Part shown: one piece after another, positions 47,305 through 56,551 of the stretch
How the letters are laid out: every line of letters begins with the position of its first letter
Numbering within the stretch: position 1 is the first letter of the stretch
DNA from: Dehalococcoidia bacterium
GTDB taxonomy: Bacteria; Chloroflexota; Dehalococcoidia; Plut-88900
Length of the DNA stretch: 64,000 bases
Direction of reading: 5' to 3'
Assembly: GCA_965249275.1 (NCBI GenBank)
Contig: CBDFLQ010000005.1
Location: 640,001 to 704,000 of the forward strand
Translations under genes and position numbers: made by a program
The notes under the pieces: generated by a model
Seen by the model: only the letters and a program-made list of their open reading frames with translations
Told to the model about the DNA's origin: nothing
The model's database searches: none

Positions 47305-48507
47305 CTAGGTTTCTTGGGAGCGGGTGGGGATGATGATTAGGACCAGGGCGGAGGCCACGATGGTAATTCCGGAGAATACGAAAGTGGACTGTATTGATAT
47401 GTGGTCGGCGATGAGGCCGCCTATCACGGCTCCGAATGCGCCGATCGCCATGGACGCCGTATAGATCAGGCCGACGGATGTGCCGTGAACCCCGGGAGGC
47501 GACAGGTCAATGGCTGTGGCAACGAAAATTGGGAGGTAGGTGAAGGTGACCGCGGCGATGGCAATAATGGTAAGGAGCAGTTGAATCCCTGGGTCGGCGA
47601 AGGCGAGCGCCACGCAGAGGAGGCCGAAGATTGTCAGTTCAGGCACGAGCACCGACTTACGACCGAACCGGTCCGATACGAATCCCATGATCGGATGTGT
47701 TGCTATGCCGACGGTATGCAGGAGGGAGATGTACACGCCAACTTTGAAGGTCGAAAACTCGAGGTGTTCCCTCAGATATATCGGCAGGAAGGTTACCATG
47801 GCGTAGTCGCCCATGCTTACTACGCCGCACAGTACCAACACGGCTATTAGACGCCGGTTCTTGAACAGCGGTACAACGGCTGAGAAATATTCTTTGCTCG
47901 ATGTTGCGCCCCGCTGGCCTTTCATGCCTCGGAGAGCGAGCCATACGACAATCGCGGCGAGGGCGGCGGGGAAGAAGCTGTACTGGAGAAGCTGGGGCCA
48001 CAGGATGACTGAGAGTAGCCCTCCAGCCACCAAGGGGCCCAGCACCTCTCCCACACTGGCCCCTGCCCCGTGCATAGTGAGGGCCAAGCCTCTTCTTGCA
48101 GGGAAACGTGCGGATAGAGCGGCTATGGCCGTAGGGTGCCACATGGAAGTGCCCACGCCGACCAGGATCACAGCCAACGCTATAGCGTAGTACGTTTGCA
48201 GAGACCCGGAGGCCAGGTAGCCGAAGGCGACCAGCATAATAGCCGCCAGCAGTATCAGCGGCCGCTTGCTGCTGTAGCGGTCGGCGATGAAGCCGCCGGG
48301 CATTGCGGCAGCGCCGCTGCTGACGTCCCGGGACATGACGAGGGCCCCGGCGGCGAGGTTGCTAAGCCCCAACCCGACCTTGATCTCGGGAAAGACGACC
48401 GAAAAGGCAGCGCTGTACAGGTGTTTGAGCCCGTGGCCCGTGACCATGGTGAACGCTAGCAGTTTAGGGCCTGGTTCGCGAGTGGGGGGCTGGGTGGAGG
48501 GGTCCAT
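47305..48507 (-). CDS. MFS transporter
   Basis: About 12 hydrophobic segments, ADR, WHP, SDRFGRK. ATG 48507 has GGAGG. Confidence 0.9.
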   Translation of the reverse strand: MDPSTQPPTREPGPKLLAFTMVTGHGLKHLYSAAFSVVFPEIKVGLGLSNLAAGALVMSRDVSSGAAAMPGGFIADRYSSKRPLILLAAIMLVAFGYLASGSLQTYYAIALAVILVGVGTSMWHPTAIAALSARFPARRGLALTMHGAGASVGEVLGPLVAGGLLSVILWPQLLQYSFFPAALAAIVVWLALRGMKGQRGATSSKEYFSAVVPLFKNRRLIAVLVLCGVVSMGDYAMVTFLPIYLREHLEFSTFKVGVYISLLHTVGIATHPIMGFVSDRFGRKSVLVPELTIFGLLCVALAFADPGIQLLLTIIAIAAVTFTYLPIFVATAIDLSPPGVHGTSVGLIYTASMAIGAFGAVIGGLIADHISIQSTFVFSGITIVASALVLIIIPTRSQET

Positions 48508-48548
48508 CGTCAACACCTCCGTTTAAGGAGGTATAGAGCCTCCGTTCA

Positions 48549-49772
48549 CTATGCGCGGGCTATGGGCGCGGATTCCGTGTTGTCGCGGGTTGGGACGAAG
48601 ATCAGCAGGAATGCGGCGGCTATGACGACTATGCCGGCGAAGATAAAGGTCGACGGGAGGGAGACTTCGTCGGCGAGGAGGCCGCCGAGGATCGCACCGA
48701 TACCTCCGAATAACATGGAACCGGTGTAGACGAGGGCCACGGAAGTGCCGTGGACGCCGGGGGGAGAGAGGTCTATGGCGTAGGCGACGAAGATGTGGTG
48801 GAAAGTGAACATGACTGCGCCGATAGCGATGATGGTCAGGATTAGTTGAGGGCCCTCGGAGGCGTAGGCGAGGGCGATGCAGAGGAGTCCGAAGAAAATC
48901 ATGCCTGGGACAAGGGCGATCTTTCGGCCGTACTTGTCGGAAATGTACCCCATAAGGGGGTGTGTAACTATGCCTATGGCGTTCAAGAGCGAGGCATAGA
49001 TACCGACCTCTAAAGAAGAAAACCCGAGGTCTTCGCTCAGATAGATTGGGACGAAGGTTGTGATGACGTGATTGCTCATAGAGCGAAAGCCCGAGAGGAC
49101 GATCACGGCGATAAAGGCCCGGTTCTTGAGCAGAACGCCGGAGGTGGCGAAATACTCCTTGAGGGAGGTGACACCCTGCTGGCCCTTGAGATTCCTGAGA
49201 GCAAACCACACCAATACGGCGGCGAGGGCTGCGGGGATGAAACTGAGTTGAAAGAGTTGGGGCCAGGAGATGAGCAGAAGCAAGGCGCCGGCTATGAGAG
49301 GTCCGAGGATCTCGCCTGCGGACCCTCCCGACCCGTGGAGGGAGATTGCAAAACCAATCCTGGTTGGGAATCGGGCCGACAGGGAAGCGATGGCGGAGGG
49401 ATGCCAGAGGGATACGCCGATGCCGAAAAGGACGATGGAAATGGCGACAGCGAAATATCTCTCCACAGCACCGGCTGCGAGGTAGCCAACAGCTATAAAG
49501 GCCAAGGAAATGGTGAGGATTATGGCCCACTTGCCGCTGAAGCGGTCGGCGAGGAAGCCGGAGGGCATTGTGGAGACCCCGGCAGAGACGTCTCGTGCAG
49601 TGACCAGGGCGCCGGCGGCGAGATTGGACAGCATGAGGCTGGCCTTGATCTCCGGGAGGACGATCATGAAGGCGGCGGCGTAGAGGTGCTTGAGCCCGTG
49701 GCCGGCTACCGTGGTTGTGGCAAGGAGAGTGCGGCCCTCGTTTGACGATTGGGGGGTAGTAGGAGAGTCCAT
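48549..49772 (-). CDS. MFS transporter (paralog of the downstream gene)
   Basis: GHGLKHLY shared with the paralog. Start MDSPTT at 49772; the longer ORF overlaps the true 3' end of the carboxyltransferase. Confidence 0.88.
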   Translation of the reverse strand: MDSPTTPQSSNEGRTLLATTTVAGHGLKHLYAAAFMIVLPEIKASLMLSNLAAGALVTARDVSAGVSTMPSGFLADRFSGKWAIILTISLAFIAVGYLAAGAVERYFAVAISIVLFGIGVSLWHPSAIASLSARFPTRIGFAISLHGSGGSAGEILGPLIAGALLLLISWPQLFQLSFIPAALAAVLVWFALRNLKGQQGVTSLKEYFATSGVLLKNRAFIAVIVLSGFRSMSNHVITTFVPIYLSEDLGFSSLEVGIYASLLNAIGIVTHPLMGYISDKYGRKIALVPGMIFFGLLCIALAYASEGPQLILTIIAIGAVMFTFHHIFVAYAIDLSPPGVHGTSVALVYTGSMLFGGIGAILGGLLADEVSLPSTFIFAGIVVIAAAFLLIFVPTRDNTESAPIARA

Positions 49773-49776
49773 AGAG

Positions 49777-51385
49777 TTAGAGGCGGGCTCCGTACCTGGG
49801 GTTGGGGCCGAGGGTTTGCTTGACAACACCCTGTGCGGCCTTGAGGAATCGGATGATGATGCCGCGGGTCTCGGTAGGGTCAATCATCTCCTCGACGCCG
49901 AAGGCCTCGGCGGTCTTCCAGGGGGATGCGGCCTTGGCGCATTCGGTTCTCGACCTCGGCGACTAGGGCAGCGGGGTGGCCGGAGGCCTGGATCCGGCGT
50001 CGGTGGGCTGAAAAGACGCCGCCCTCGATGGGGATGCCTACGAACTCGGCAGTGGGCCAAGCGAGGCGGAGGTTCAGCCGGCTGGCGTTGCCCGTAGCGA
50101 GGCCGGCCATGCCGTAGCACTTGTGCAGATAGATCGTGACCATGGGGACGTTTGCCTCAAGGAGGGCCTGGAGGGCGCGCATCCCTTTGCGGAGAGTACC
50201 ATCCCTCTCGGCGTCGAGGCCGATCATGAAACCGGGGATGTCTACGAAGTAGACCATTGGGATGTGGAAGGTGTCGCAGAACTCTATGAAGCGGGTCTTC
50301 TTCTCGGAGCCCGGGCCGTCTAGGGCGCCGCCGAGGTGCATGGGGTTGTTGGCGAGAATGCCGACGGGGTAGCCTCCGAAACGGGCGAAGCCGCATACGA
50401 AGGCCGGAGCGCGGTGGCCTCCGATTTCGAAGAAGGAGCCGCGGTCGGCGATGACCTTGATGATGTCACGTATGTCGTAGGCGGCTTTTGGGTCCTCGGG
50501 CATAATTTCGAGGAGGACCTCGTCCTGGCGGTCGGGGGGATCATCGGTGGGTACGTAGGGGGGCATCTCCCAGACGTTCTGCGGGAGGTAGCTGAGGACG
50601 GTCTTGATCTGGCGAATGGCGTCGGCGTCATCTTCGGCGATGTTATCCACGACACCGGAGATGACTGCGTGGACCTCGGCTCCGCCCAACTCGAACTTGT
50701 CGATGCGGTGACCCAGGGCCCGCTCGACGAGGGGAGGGCCACCGGCGAAGATGCAGGCGGCCCTGGTCATTACACTGAAGTGGGAGACCACGAGTCGGGC
50801 TCCGGTGACCCCTGCGCAGGCGCCCATGGCTGCAGCCATTACCGGGACCTCTCCCATTAGTTTGTAGGTAGGATCGATACTGATGCCGCTGACGAGGGGA
50901 GGGGAGCCCGCGTGAGCTTCCCAGCCGACACCGCCTCCGACGCCTTCCATGAGCATTACAAGGGGGATGCGGTATTCGTGGGCGAGATCCTCAACGAAAC
51001 CAGCCATGCCGCCCTTGAGCCGGTCATGGTGGATCTCAAGTACACCGCCTTCGACGGTGAAGTCCTCTCCGCCTACGGCAACGTCCCGGCCATTGACCTG
51101 GCCGAGACCCATAACGTAGCCGGAAGCGGTGGGCGGAAGGCGGTTGCCGTCGGGGTCGAAACGATCATGGACGGCAACGGTACCGACTTCGAGGAAGGAA
51201 CCGGGGTCTGTGATGTGGCCGATACGCTCTCGGATGGTCCAGCGACCTGCGGCACGTTGCCGGGCGATGGTCTCAGGGCCGCCGAGCTTTAGAGCGCGCT
51301 CCCGGGCCTCGACGAGCTTGGTTCGGGCGGTTTCCCATGTGAAAGCAGACGTTGGCGGCTCCGTGGGTTGGGTGGTTGAGTCCAT
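49777..51385 (-). pseudogene. Acyl-CoA carboxylase carboxyltransferase, copy 2, with a +1 frameshift at ~49937
   Basis: CGC-C-AAG versus paralog CGT-AAG. The shifted frame continues KAASPWKTAEAFGVEEMIDP..YGARL to TAA at 49777. May be a sequencing error. Confidence 0.8.
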
Positions 51386-51388
51386 AGG

Positions 51389-52963
51389 TTAGAGGCGGGC
51401 TCCGTATCTGGGATTGGGGCCGAGGGTTTGTTTGACAACACCCTGTGCGGCTTTGAGGAAGCGGATGATGATGCCGCGGGTCTCGGTCGGGTCGATCATC
51501 TCCTCTACGCCGAAGGCTTCGGCGGTCTTCCATGGGGATGCGGCCTTACGCATGCGGTCCTCAATCTGGGCGATATAGGCGGCGGGGTCGTCTGATGCCT
51601 GGATCTGGCGTCGGTGGGCTGAAAAGACGCCGCCTTCAATAGGCATGTCTCCCCACTCGGCGGTGGGCCATGCGAGGCGGAGATTCAGTCGGCTGGCGTT
51701 GCCCGTGGCGAGGCCGGCCATGCCGTAGCACTTGTGCAGATAGACCGAGACCATGGGAACGTTGGCGTCGTGAAGGGCCTGGAGGGCGCGCATCCCTTTG
51801 CGGAGGGTGCCCTCCCTCTCGGCGTCGGGACCGATCATGAAGCCGGGGACGTCTACGAAGTAGATCATGGGCATGTGGAAGGTGTCGCAGAAGTCTATGA
51901 AGCGGGTCTTCTTCTCGGAGCCCGGGCCGTCGAGGGCGCCGCCGAGGTGCATGGGATTGTTGGCGAGAATGCCGACGGGGTAGCCTCCGAAACGGGCGAA
52001 GCCGCATACGAAGGCCGGGGCGCGGTGGCCGCCGATTTCGAAGAAGGAGCCGCGGTCGGCAACGACCTCGATGATGTCCCGTACGTCGAAGGCGGCCTTT
52101 TGGTCCTCGGGCATGATTTCGAGGAGGACCTCATCCTGGCGGTCAGGGGGGTCGTCGGTGGGGACGTAGGGGGGCATCTCCCAGACGTTTTGGGGGAGGT
52201 AGCTGAGAACGGTCTTGATCTGGCGTATGGCGTCGGCGTCGTCCTCGGCGATGTTATCCACGACACCGGAGATGACTGCGTGGACCTCGGCCCCGCCCAG
52301 CTCGAACTTGTCGATACGGTGACCCAAGGCCCGCTCGACGAGTGGAGGGCCGCCGGCGAAGATGCAGGCGGCCTTGGTCATGACGCTGAAGTGGGAGACG
52401 GCGAGTCGGGCGCCGGTGACACCCGCGCAGGCGCCCATGGCTGCGGCCATTACTGGGACCTCTCCCATTAGCTTGTAGGAAACGTCGATTTTGTGGCCGC
52501 TGACAAGGGGAGCGTGGCCCTGGTGCGCCTCCCAGCCAACACCGCCTCCGACGCCTTCCATAAGCATGACAAGGGGGATGCGGTATTCGTGGGCGAACTC
52601 TTCAATGAAGCCGGCCATACCGCCCTTGAGTCGATCATGTTGGGTGTCAATCACACCGCCTTCGACGGTGAAGTCCTCTCCGCCGACAGCCACGTCCCGG
52701 CCATCAATCTGGCCGAGACCCATAACGTAGCCGGATGCGGTGTCCGGAAGGCGGTTGCCGTCGGGGTCGAAGCGCTCATGGACGGCTACGGTGCCGACTT
52801 CGAGGAAGGAACGGGGGTCGGTGATGTGGTCGATACGCTCGCGGATGGTCCAGCGTCCAGCGGCGCGCTGGCGGGCGACGGAATCGGGGCCGCCGAGTTG
52901 TAGAGCGCGCTCCCGTGCCTCGACGAGCTTGGTTCGGGCGGCTTCCCATGTGAATCCGGCCAT
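51389..52963 (-). CDS. Acyl-CoA carboxylase carboxyltransferase (PccB/MccB-like), copy 1
   Basis: DFTVEGG, GGPPLV, LGG..H..SG, DVPGFMIG, IDP.ETR; GGAG RBS. Confidence 0.9.
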   Translation of the reverse strand: MAGFTWEAARTKLVEARERALQLGGPDSVARQRAAGRWTIRERIDHITDPRSFLEVGTVAVHERFDPDGNRLPDTASGYVMGLGQIDGRDVAVGGEDFTVEGGVIDTQHDRLKGGMAGFIEEFAHEYRIPLVMLMEGVGGGVGWEAHQGHAPLVSGHKIDVSYKLMGEVPVMAAAMGACAGVTGARLAVSHFSVMTKAACIFAGGPPLVERALGHRIDKFELGGAEVHAVISGVVDNIAEDDADAIRQIKTVLSYLPQNVWEMPPYVPTDDPPDRQDEVLLEIMPEDQKAAFDVRDIIEVVADRGSFFEIGGHRAPAFVCGFARFGGYPVGILANNPMHLGGALDGPGSEKKTRFIDFCDTFHMPMIYFVDVPGFMIGPDAEREGTLRKGMRALQALHDANVPMVSVYLHKCYGMAGLATGNASRLNLRLAWPTAEWGDMPIEGGVFSAHRRQIQASDDPAAYIAQIEDRMRKAASPWKTAEAFGVEEMIDPTETRGIIIRFLKAAQGVVKQTLGPNPRYGARL

Positions 52964-53059
52964 AGGTCGCTCCTTGGGTGAGGGGTGGGGCTATGGTAAT
53001 GGGAAGGGCGAGGGGTTTTCAATAGGGGAGGGGAAGTCGGGATCACCCTCACTCTTCGA

Positions 53060-53179
53060 GAGGCCTTTGCGTAACTCCCAAAGCGGGACCCAATTGGGTA
53101 TTTTATTTATGCTAGTCAATTGTAAATTCTCGACCCTGGATTTCCGTGCAAACGGGAATGACAGTTATGCAAAGGTCTC
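53060..53179. mobile_element. 120-bp MITE with IS5-group-like terminal inverted repeats, inserted in an R1 REP
   Basis: GAGGCCTTTGCGTAAC / GTTATGCAAAGGTCTC, flanked by the two halves of an R1 palindrome. Confidence 0.7.
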
Positions 53180-53229
53180 GTCGAGGGAGAGGGGATAAAA
53201 CCCATTCCCCAGACCCAGGCAACCACGAG

Positions 53230-53561
53230 GAGCCTGTCTCAAAAGCTGGGGGTGGGGGTATGAGAGAGTACACCGGGGTAGGTTAGAGACTGAGTGTGGA
53301 GGTGCTAGAGATGCCACTTCGCCCGATGGGCCGATAGCAGATGTGGGTGATGCCTTCGACCCTGGATGAGATGGCTCTGAAGGACCATCCTGTGCGGTTA
53401 GTGGTGGCGTTCGTCGAGGCACTGGACCGGGAGGACTGGGTAGAGATGGGAGTTGACATCAACGTAGGTCAGACGGGAACGTCGGCATACCATCGCATGG
53501 CATTGTTGGGGGTGTGGGGTACGGATTCACGACAGGGGTTAGGTCGAGCCGCAAGCTGGAG
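53230..53561 (+). pseudogene. IS1182-family transposase N-terminal remnant with probable left end
   Basis: GAGCCTGTCTCAAAA; GGAGGT then ATG 53311; in-frame TAG at 53335; P.TLDE...DHP.R...AYH..; frameshift at ~53518 into YGFTTGVRSSRKLE. Confidence 0.8.
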
Positions 53562-53592
53562 GGGGCGGGGGGTGTTGGGGACGGCCCTACAA

Positions 53593-53690
53593 GAGTTTCC
53601 GGCACCGCCAGCCTCACCTGAGCCCCGGTCTACAACCGCCGCTGGGGAGAGGAGGACAGCGACTGTCGGATATTTACGTACAACACTTCG
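53593..53690 (+). repeat. Direct repeat 1 flanking the SMT-like gene
   Basis: GAGTTTCC..GCCTCACCTGAGCC..CTACAAC..GGAGAGGA..CTGTCGGATATTTACG..AACACTTCG. Confidence 0.85.
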
Positions 53691-54743
53691 CTAAAGGGGT
53701 TTGCGAGCCAGGAAGCAGTACAATGGCGTGAAGATTCCGGCCCTGCCGCCCGCGACACAGGCGTTCGCGGTCCGATCAAGCAGTCCGACCACATCCGTAG
53801 AGCCTTTCGGGAACACTCTCAGCGCCTCGGCCAGCCTGGATGCCCCGATGAACACCTTGCGGCCGAGGGGGGTCCTACGGAGACCGTTGTTCAGGGTCCT
53901 GCGCCGCGTCTCCATGGGCTGATACCACGGCGTGATCAGAATGTTCTCATCAATGGCCCGGTTCTTCCCCTCGACGACAGAAAATCCAACCTTTTCGAGG
54001 GCTCGGTTCACCTCGCTCATGGCCGCGATATCCTTGAGCGCGATGCCATGCATCAGGTCCCGCTTGATAGCCCGGTGACGATTATCGTTGGGGTCGAACT
54101 TGTCCGTCATGCACATTTCCTGACCCCAAAAGAGGGCTCCGGGTTTCAGCACGCGGTATATCTCGGCGAACGCTCCCGCCTTGTCCGGCGCATGGCAGGT
54201 CGATTCGATAGCGTAGGCGCGGTCGAACGTGCCGTCCGCGATGGCGCCCATGTCCATGAAGCTGCAAGCAAGGTAGTCGACCATGTGGTCGAGACCCGCC
54301 TCGGAGGTCAACGATTTTGCCTTGTCCAGCTGGATTTCATTGCTGTTGACCCCGAGGACCCTGACACCGGACTCACGGACGACATTGCGCATCGGGCCGC
54401 CGATCCCGCAACCGACATCGACCACCGTCATCCCCTCGCGCAGTTCCAGCTTGGCTATCATGAGTCGCTGATGCCGGATCTTGGAGTCTTCCACGCTCTC
54501 CTGGGGCGACAGCGGAGCGAAGTGCAGGGATTCGCCCCAACCGAACACCATGAACTCGCTGCAGAGGTCGTAGTATTCCTTGACGGTTGCGACGTGGTCG
54601 TAGGCCTTGGCGTCGGCATCATTGGCAGACGCTCTATCGAGCCATCCATCGAAGTGCTGCACGCGACCGGCGACGTTCGACCCACGGTACGCGGCCTTCA
54701 GCCCATTGGATAGTTTGCGAAGTTGCATGGCAGCGTTTCTCAT
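53691..54743 (-). CDS. Sterol 24-C-methyltransferase (ERG6/SMT)-like protein
   Basis: [45 protein letters not shown]. Start at 54743 or 54728. Confidence 0.85.
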   Translation of the reverse strand: MRNAAMQLRKLSNGLKAAYRGSNVAGRVQHFDGWLDRASANDADAKAYDHVATVKEYYDLCSEFMVFGWGESLHFAPLSPQESVEDSKIRHQRLMIAKLELREGMTVVDVGCGIGGPMRNVVRESGVRVLGVNSNEIQLDKAKSLTSEAGLDHMVDYLACSFMDMGAIADGTFDRAYAIESTCHAPDKAGAFAEIYRVLKPGALFWGQEMCMTDKFDPNDNRHRAIKRDLMHGIALKDIAAMSEVNRALEKVGFSVVEGKNRAIDENILITPWYQPMETRRRTLNNGLRRTPLGRKVFIGASRLAEALRVFPKGSTDVVGLLDRTANACVAGGRAGIFTPLYCFLARKPL

Positions 54744-54808
54744 AAAACATATAGTACTAGTTTCAGTGAATGTTGGAAACGCCACGAGGTTTCATTACGC
54801 CGCGAGAG

Positions 54809-54917
54809 GAGTTTCCCCACCGCCACCACCTCCACCGGCCTCACCTGAGCCTCGGCCTACAACAACCATTGCGGAGAGGATGACAGGCGCTGTCGGATAT
54901 TTACGGATAACACTTCG
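54809..54917 (+). repeat. Direct repeat 2 flanking the SMT-like gene
   Basis: Diverged copy of 53593-53690 with a short extra CCA-rich stretch. Confidence 0.85.
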
Positions 54918-54987
54918 GTTGATTGACATTGGGAATGGTGTACAAATATCATCGCGTCTGCTCTCCGCGAGGATTTGGCATTCGTAT

Positions 54988-56238
54988 ATGAAGAACTATT
55001 CTTTCCTAAATCTGATACGCAACTCGTTCAGCCACCACGAGAACTGGCCTCGGGTGTGGCGCAGCCCTCAGCCTAAGGAGCGCTACGACGTTGTAATCGT
55101 GGGCGCCGGAGGGCACGGGCTGGCCACGGCCTACTACCTGGCCAAGAATCACGGAATTACGGATGTGGCGGTGGTGGAGAAGGGCTATCTGGGGGGCGGG
55201 AGTGTCGGGAGGAACACGACGATAGTCCGGTCCAACTACCTGTGGGACGAGACTTCCTTCCTCTACGAGCACGCTATGAAGCTGTGGGAGGGCCTGAGCC
55301 AGGAGTTGAACTTCAACCTGATGTTCAGCCAGCGGGGAGTGCTTAACCTGTGCCACAACCTGCAGGAGCTTCGGGACACGGCGCGGAGGGTCAACTCCAA
55401 TAAACTCAACGGTATCGACGCCGAGCTTCTGGATACGCGCCAGGTTGCTGAGCTGGTGCCGGTCCTCAACACGTCGCCGGACATACGGTATCCCGTGCTG
55501 GGGGCCTCCTACCAGAAGAGGGGAGGGACGGCACGTCATGACGCGGTGGCCTGGGGGTACGCACGGGCGGCGGACGACCGCGGGGTCGACATCATCCAGA
55601 ACTGCGAAGTTACGGGGATTCAGGTCACCAATGGAGAGGTCACGGCGGTCGATACGACTCGGGGTGTGATAAAGGCTGGGAAGGTGGCCCTGGCCGTGGC
55701 GGGCAACACCACCGTTCTCGCCGACATGGCGGGTATCCGGCTTCCCATATCCACGCACCCTTTGCAGGCCCTGGTCTCGGAGCCGATCAAGCCGATTATC
55801 GACAGCGTTGTGATGTCCAACGCCGTACACGCCTATGTCAGCCAGACCGACAAGGGGGAACTGATCATCGGGGCGGGAATCGACTCCTATAGCGGCTACG
55901 GGATGAGGGGCAGCTATTCCGTCGTGGAGGAGACCGTTGAGGCTGTGGTGGAGATGTTCCCGATATTCAGCCGATTGCGGCTTCTGAGACACTGGGGTGG
56001 GGCGGTGGACATCTGCCCCGACGCCAGCCCGATTATCGGGAAGACTCCGGTCAGGGGACTGTACGTCAACTGTGGTTGGGGCACGGGCGGATTCAAGTCG
56101 ACGCCGGGGTCGGGGTGGGTATACGCGCACACGATCGCTCAGGACCAGCCCCACGAGCTAAACGCCCCGTTTACGCTGGACAGGTTCGTCACGGGAGAGC
56201 TTATCGACGAGCACGGGGCGGCAGCGGTGGCGCACTGA
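54988..56238 (+). CDS. soxB: Sarcosine oxidase beta subunit
   Basis: [41 protein letters not shown]. True start MKNYS. Confidence 0.95.
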   Translation: MKNYSFLNLIRNSFSHHENWPRVWRSPQPKERYDVVIVGAGGHGLATAYYLAKNHGITDVAVVEKGYLGGGSVGRNTTIVRSNYLWDETSFLYEHAMKLWEGLSQELNFNLMFSQRGVLNLCHNLQELRDTARRVNSNKLNGIDAELLDTRQVAELVPVLNTSPDIRYPVLGASYQKRGGTARHDAVAWGYARAADDRGVDIIQNCEVTGIQVTNGEVTAVDTTRGVIKAGKVALAVAGNTTVLADMAGIRLPISTHPLQALVSEPIKPIIDSVVMSNAVHAYVSQTDKGELIIGAGIDSYSGYGMRGSYSVVEETVEAVVEMFPIFSRLRLLRHWGGAVDICPDASPIIGKTPVRGLYVNCGWGTGGFKSTPGSGWVYAHTIAQDQPHELNAPFTLDRFVTGELIDEHGAAAVAH

Positions 56239-56254
56239 GAATCGGGACACGATC

Positions 56255-56551
56255 ATGTTTTACATAGAATGCCCATATTGCGGACCCCGGGAAGAGACCG
56301 AGTTCTCCTATGGTGGAGAGGCGCACATAGCTCGGCCCATGACCCCGAACGAGCTTTCCGACGAGGAATGGAGTCACTACCTGTTTGGGCAGACCAACAC
56401 CAGCGGTCTCTACCGCGAAAGATGGATGCACAGCGCCGGGTGCCGGCGCTGGTTCAATGCGGAGAGGGATACGGTCAGCTACGTAATCAAGTCGGTGTAC
56501 AAGACGGGTGAACAGCCGCCGGGAGGGCAGGAGCAAGATGGCTCGCAATAA
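56255..56551 (+). CDS. soxD: Sarcosine oxidase delta subunit
   Basis: CPYCG.R...EF, H..GC..W...RDT. Confidence 0.93.
   Translation: MFYIECPYCGPREETEFSYGGEAHIARPMTPNELSDEEWSHYLFGQTNTSGLYRERWMHSAGCRRWFNAERDTVSYVIKSVYKTGEQPPGGQEQDGSQ

Noticed and set aside
53672-53700. dif/pdif or attC-like site at the end of the direct repeats
   Set aside because: ATTTACG..TAA loosely resembles a XerC arm, but there is no XerD arm and no RYYYAAC/GTTRRRY attC palindrome.
54745-54758. LexA-like box upstream of the SMT gene
   Set aside because: AAAC and GTAC half-sites are 5 bp apart, not 4.
54607-54987. N-terminal extension of soxB in the ORF track (similarly 17650-18015 and 32544-32648)
   Set aside because: These overlap neighbouring genes or repeats; family homology begins at the downstream ATG.
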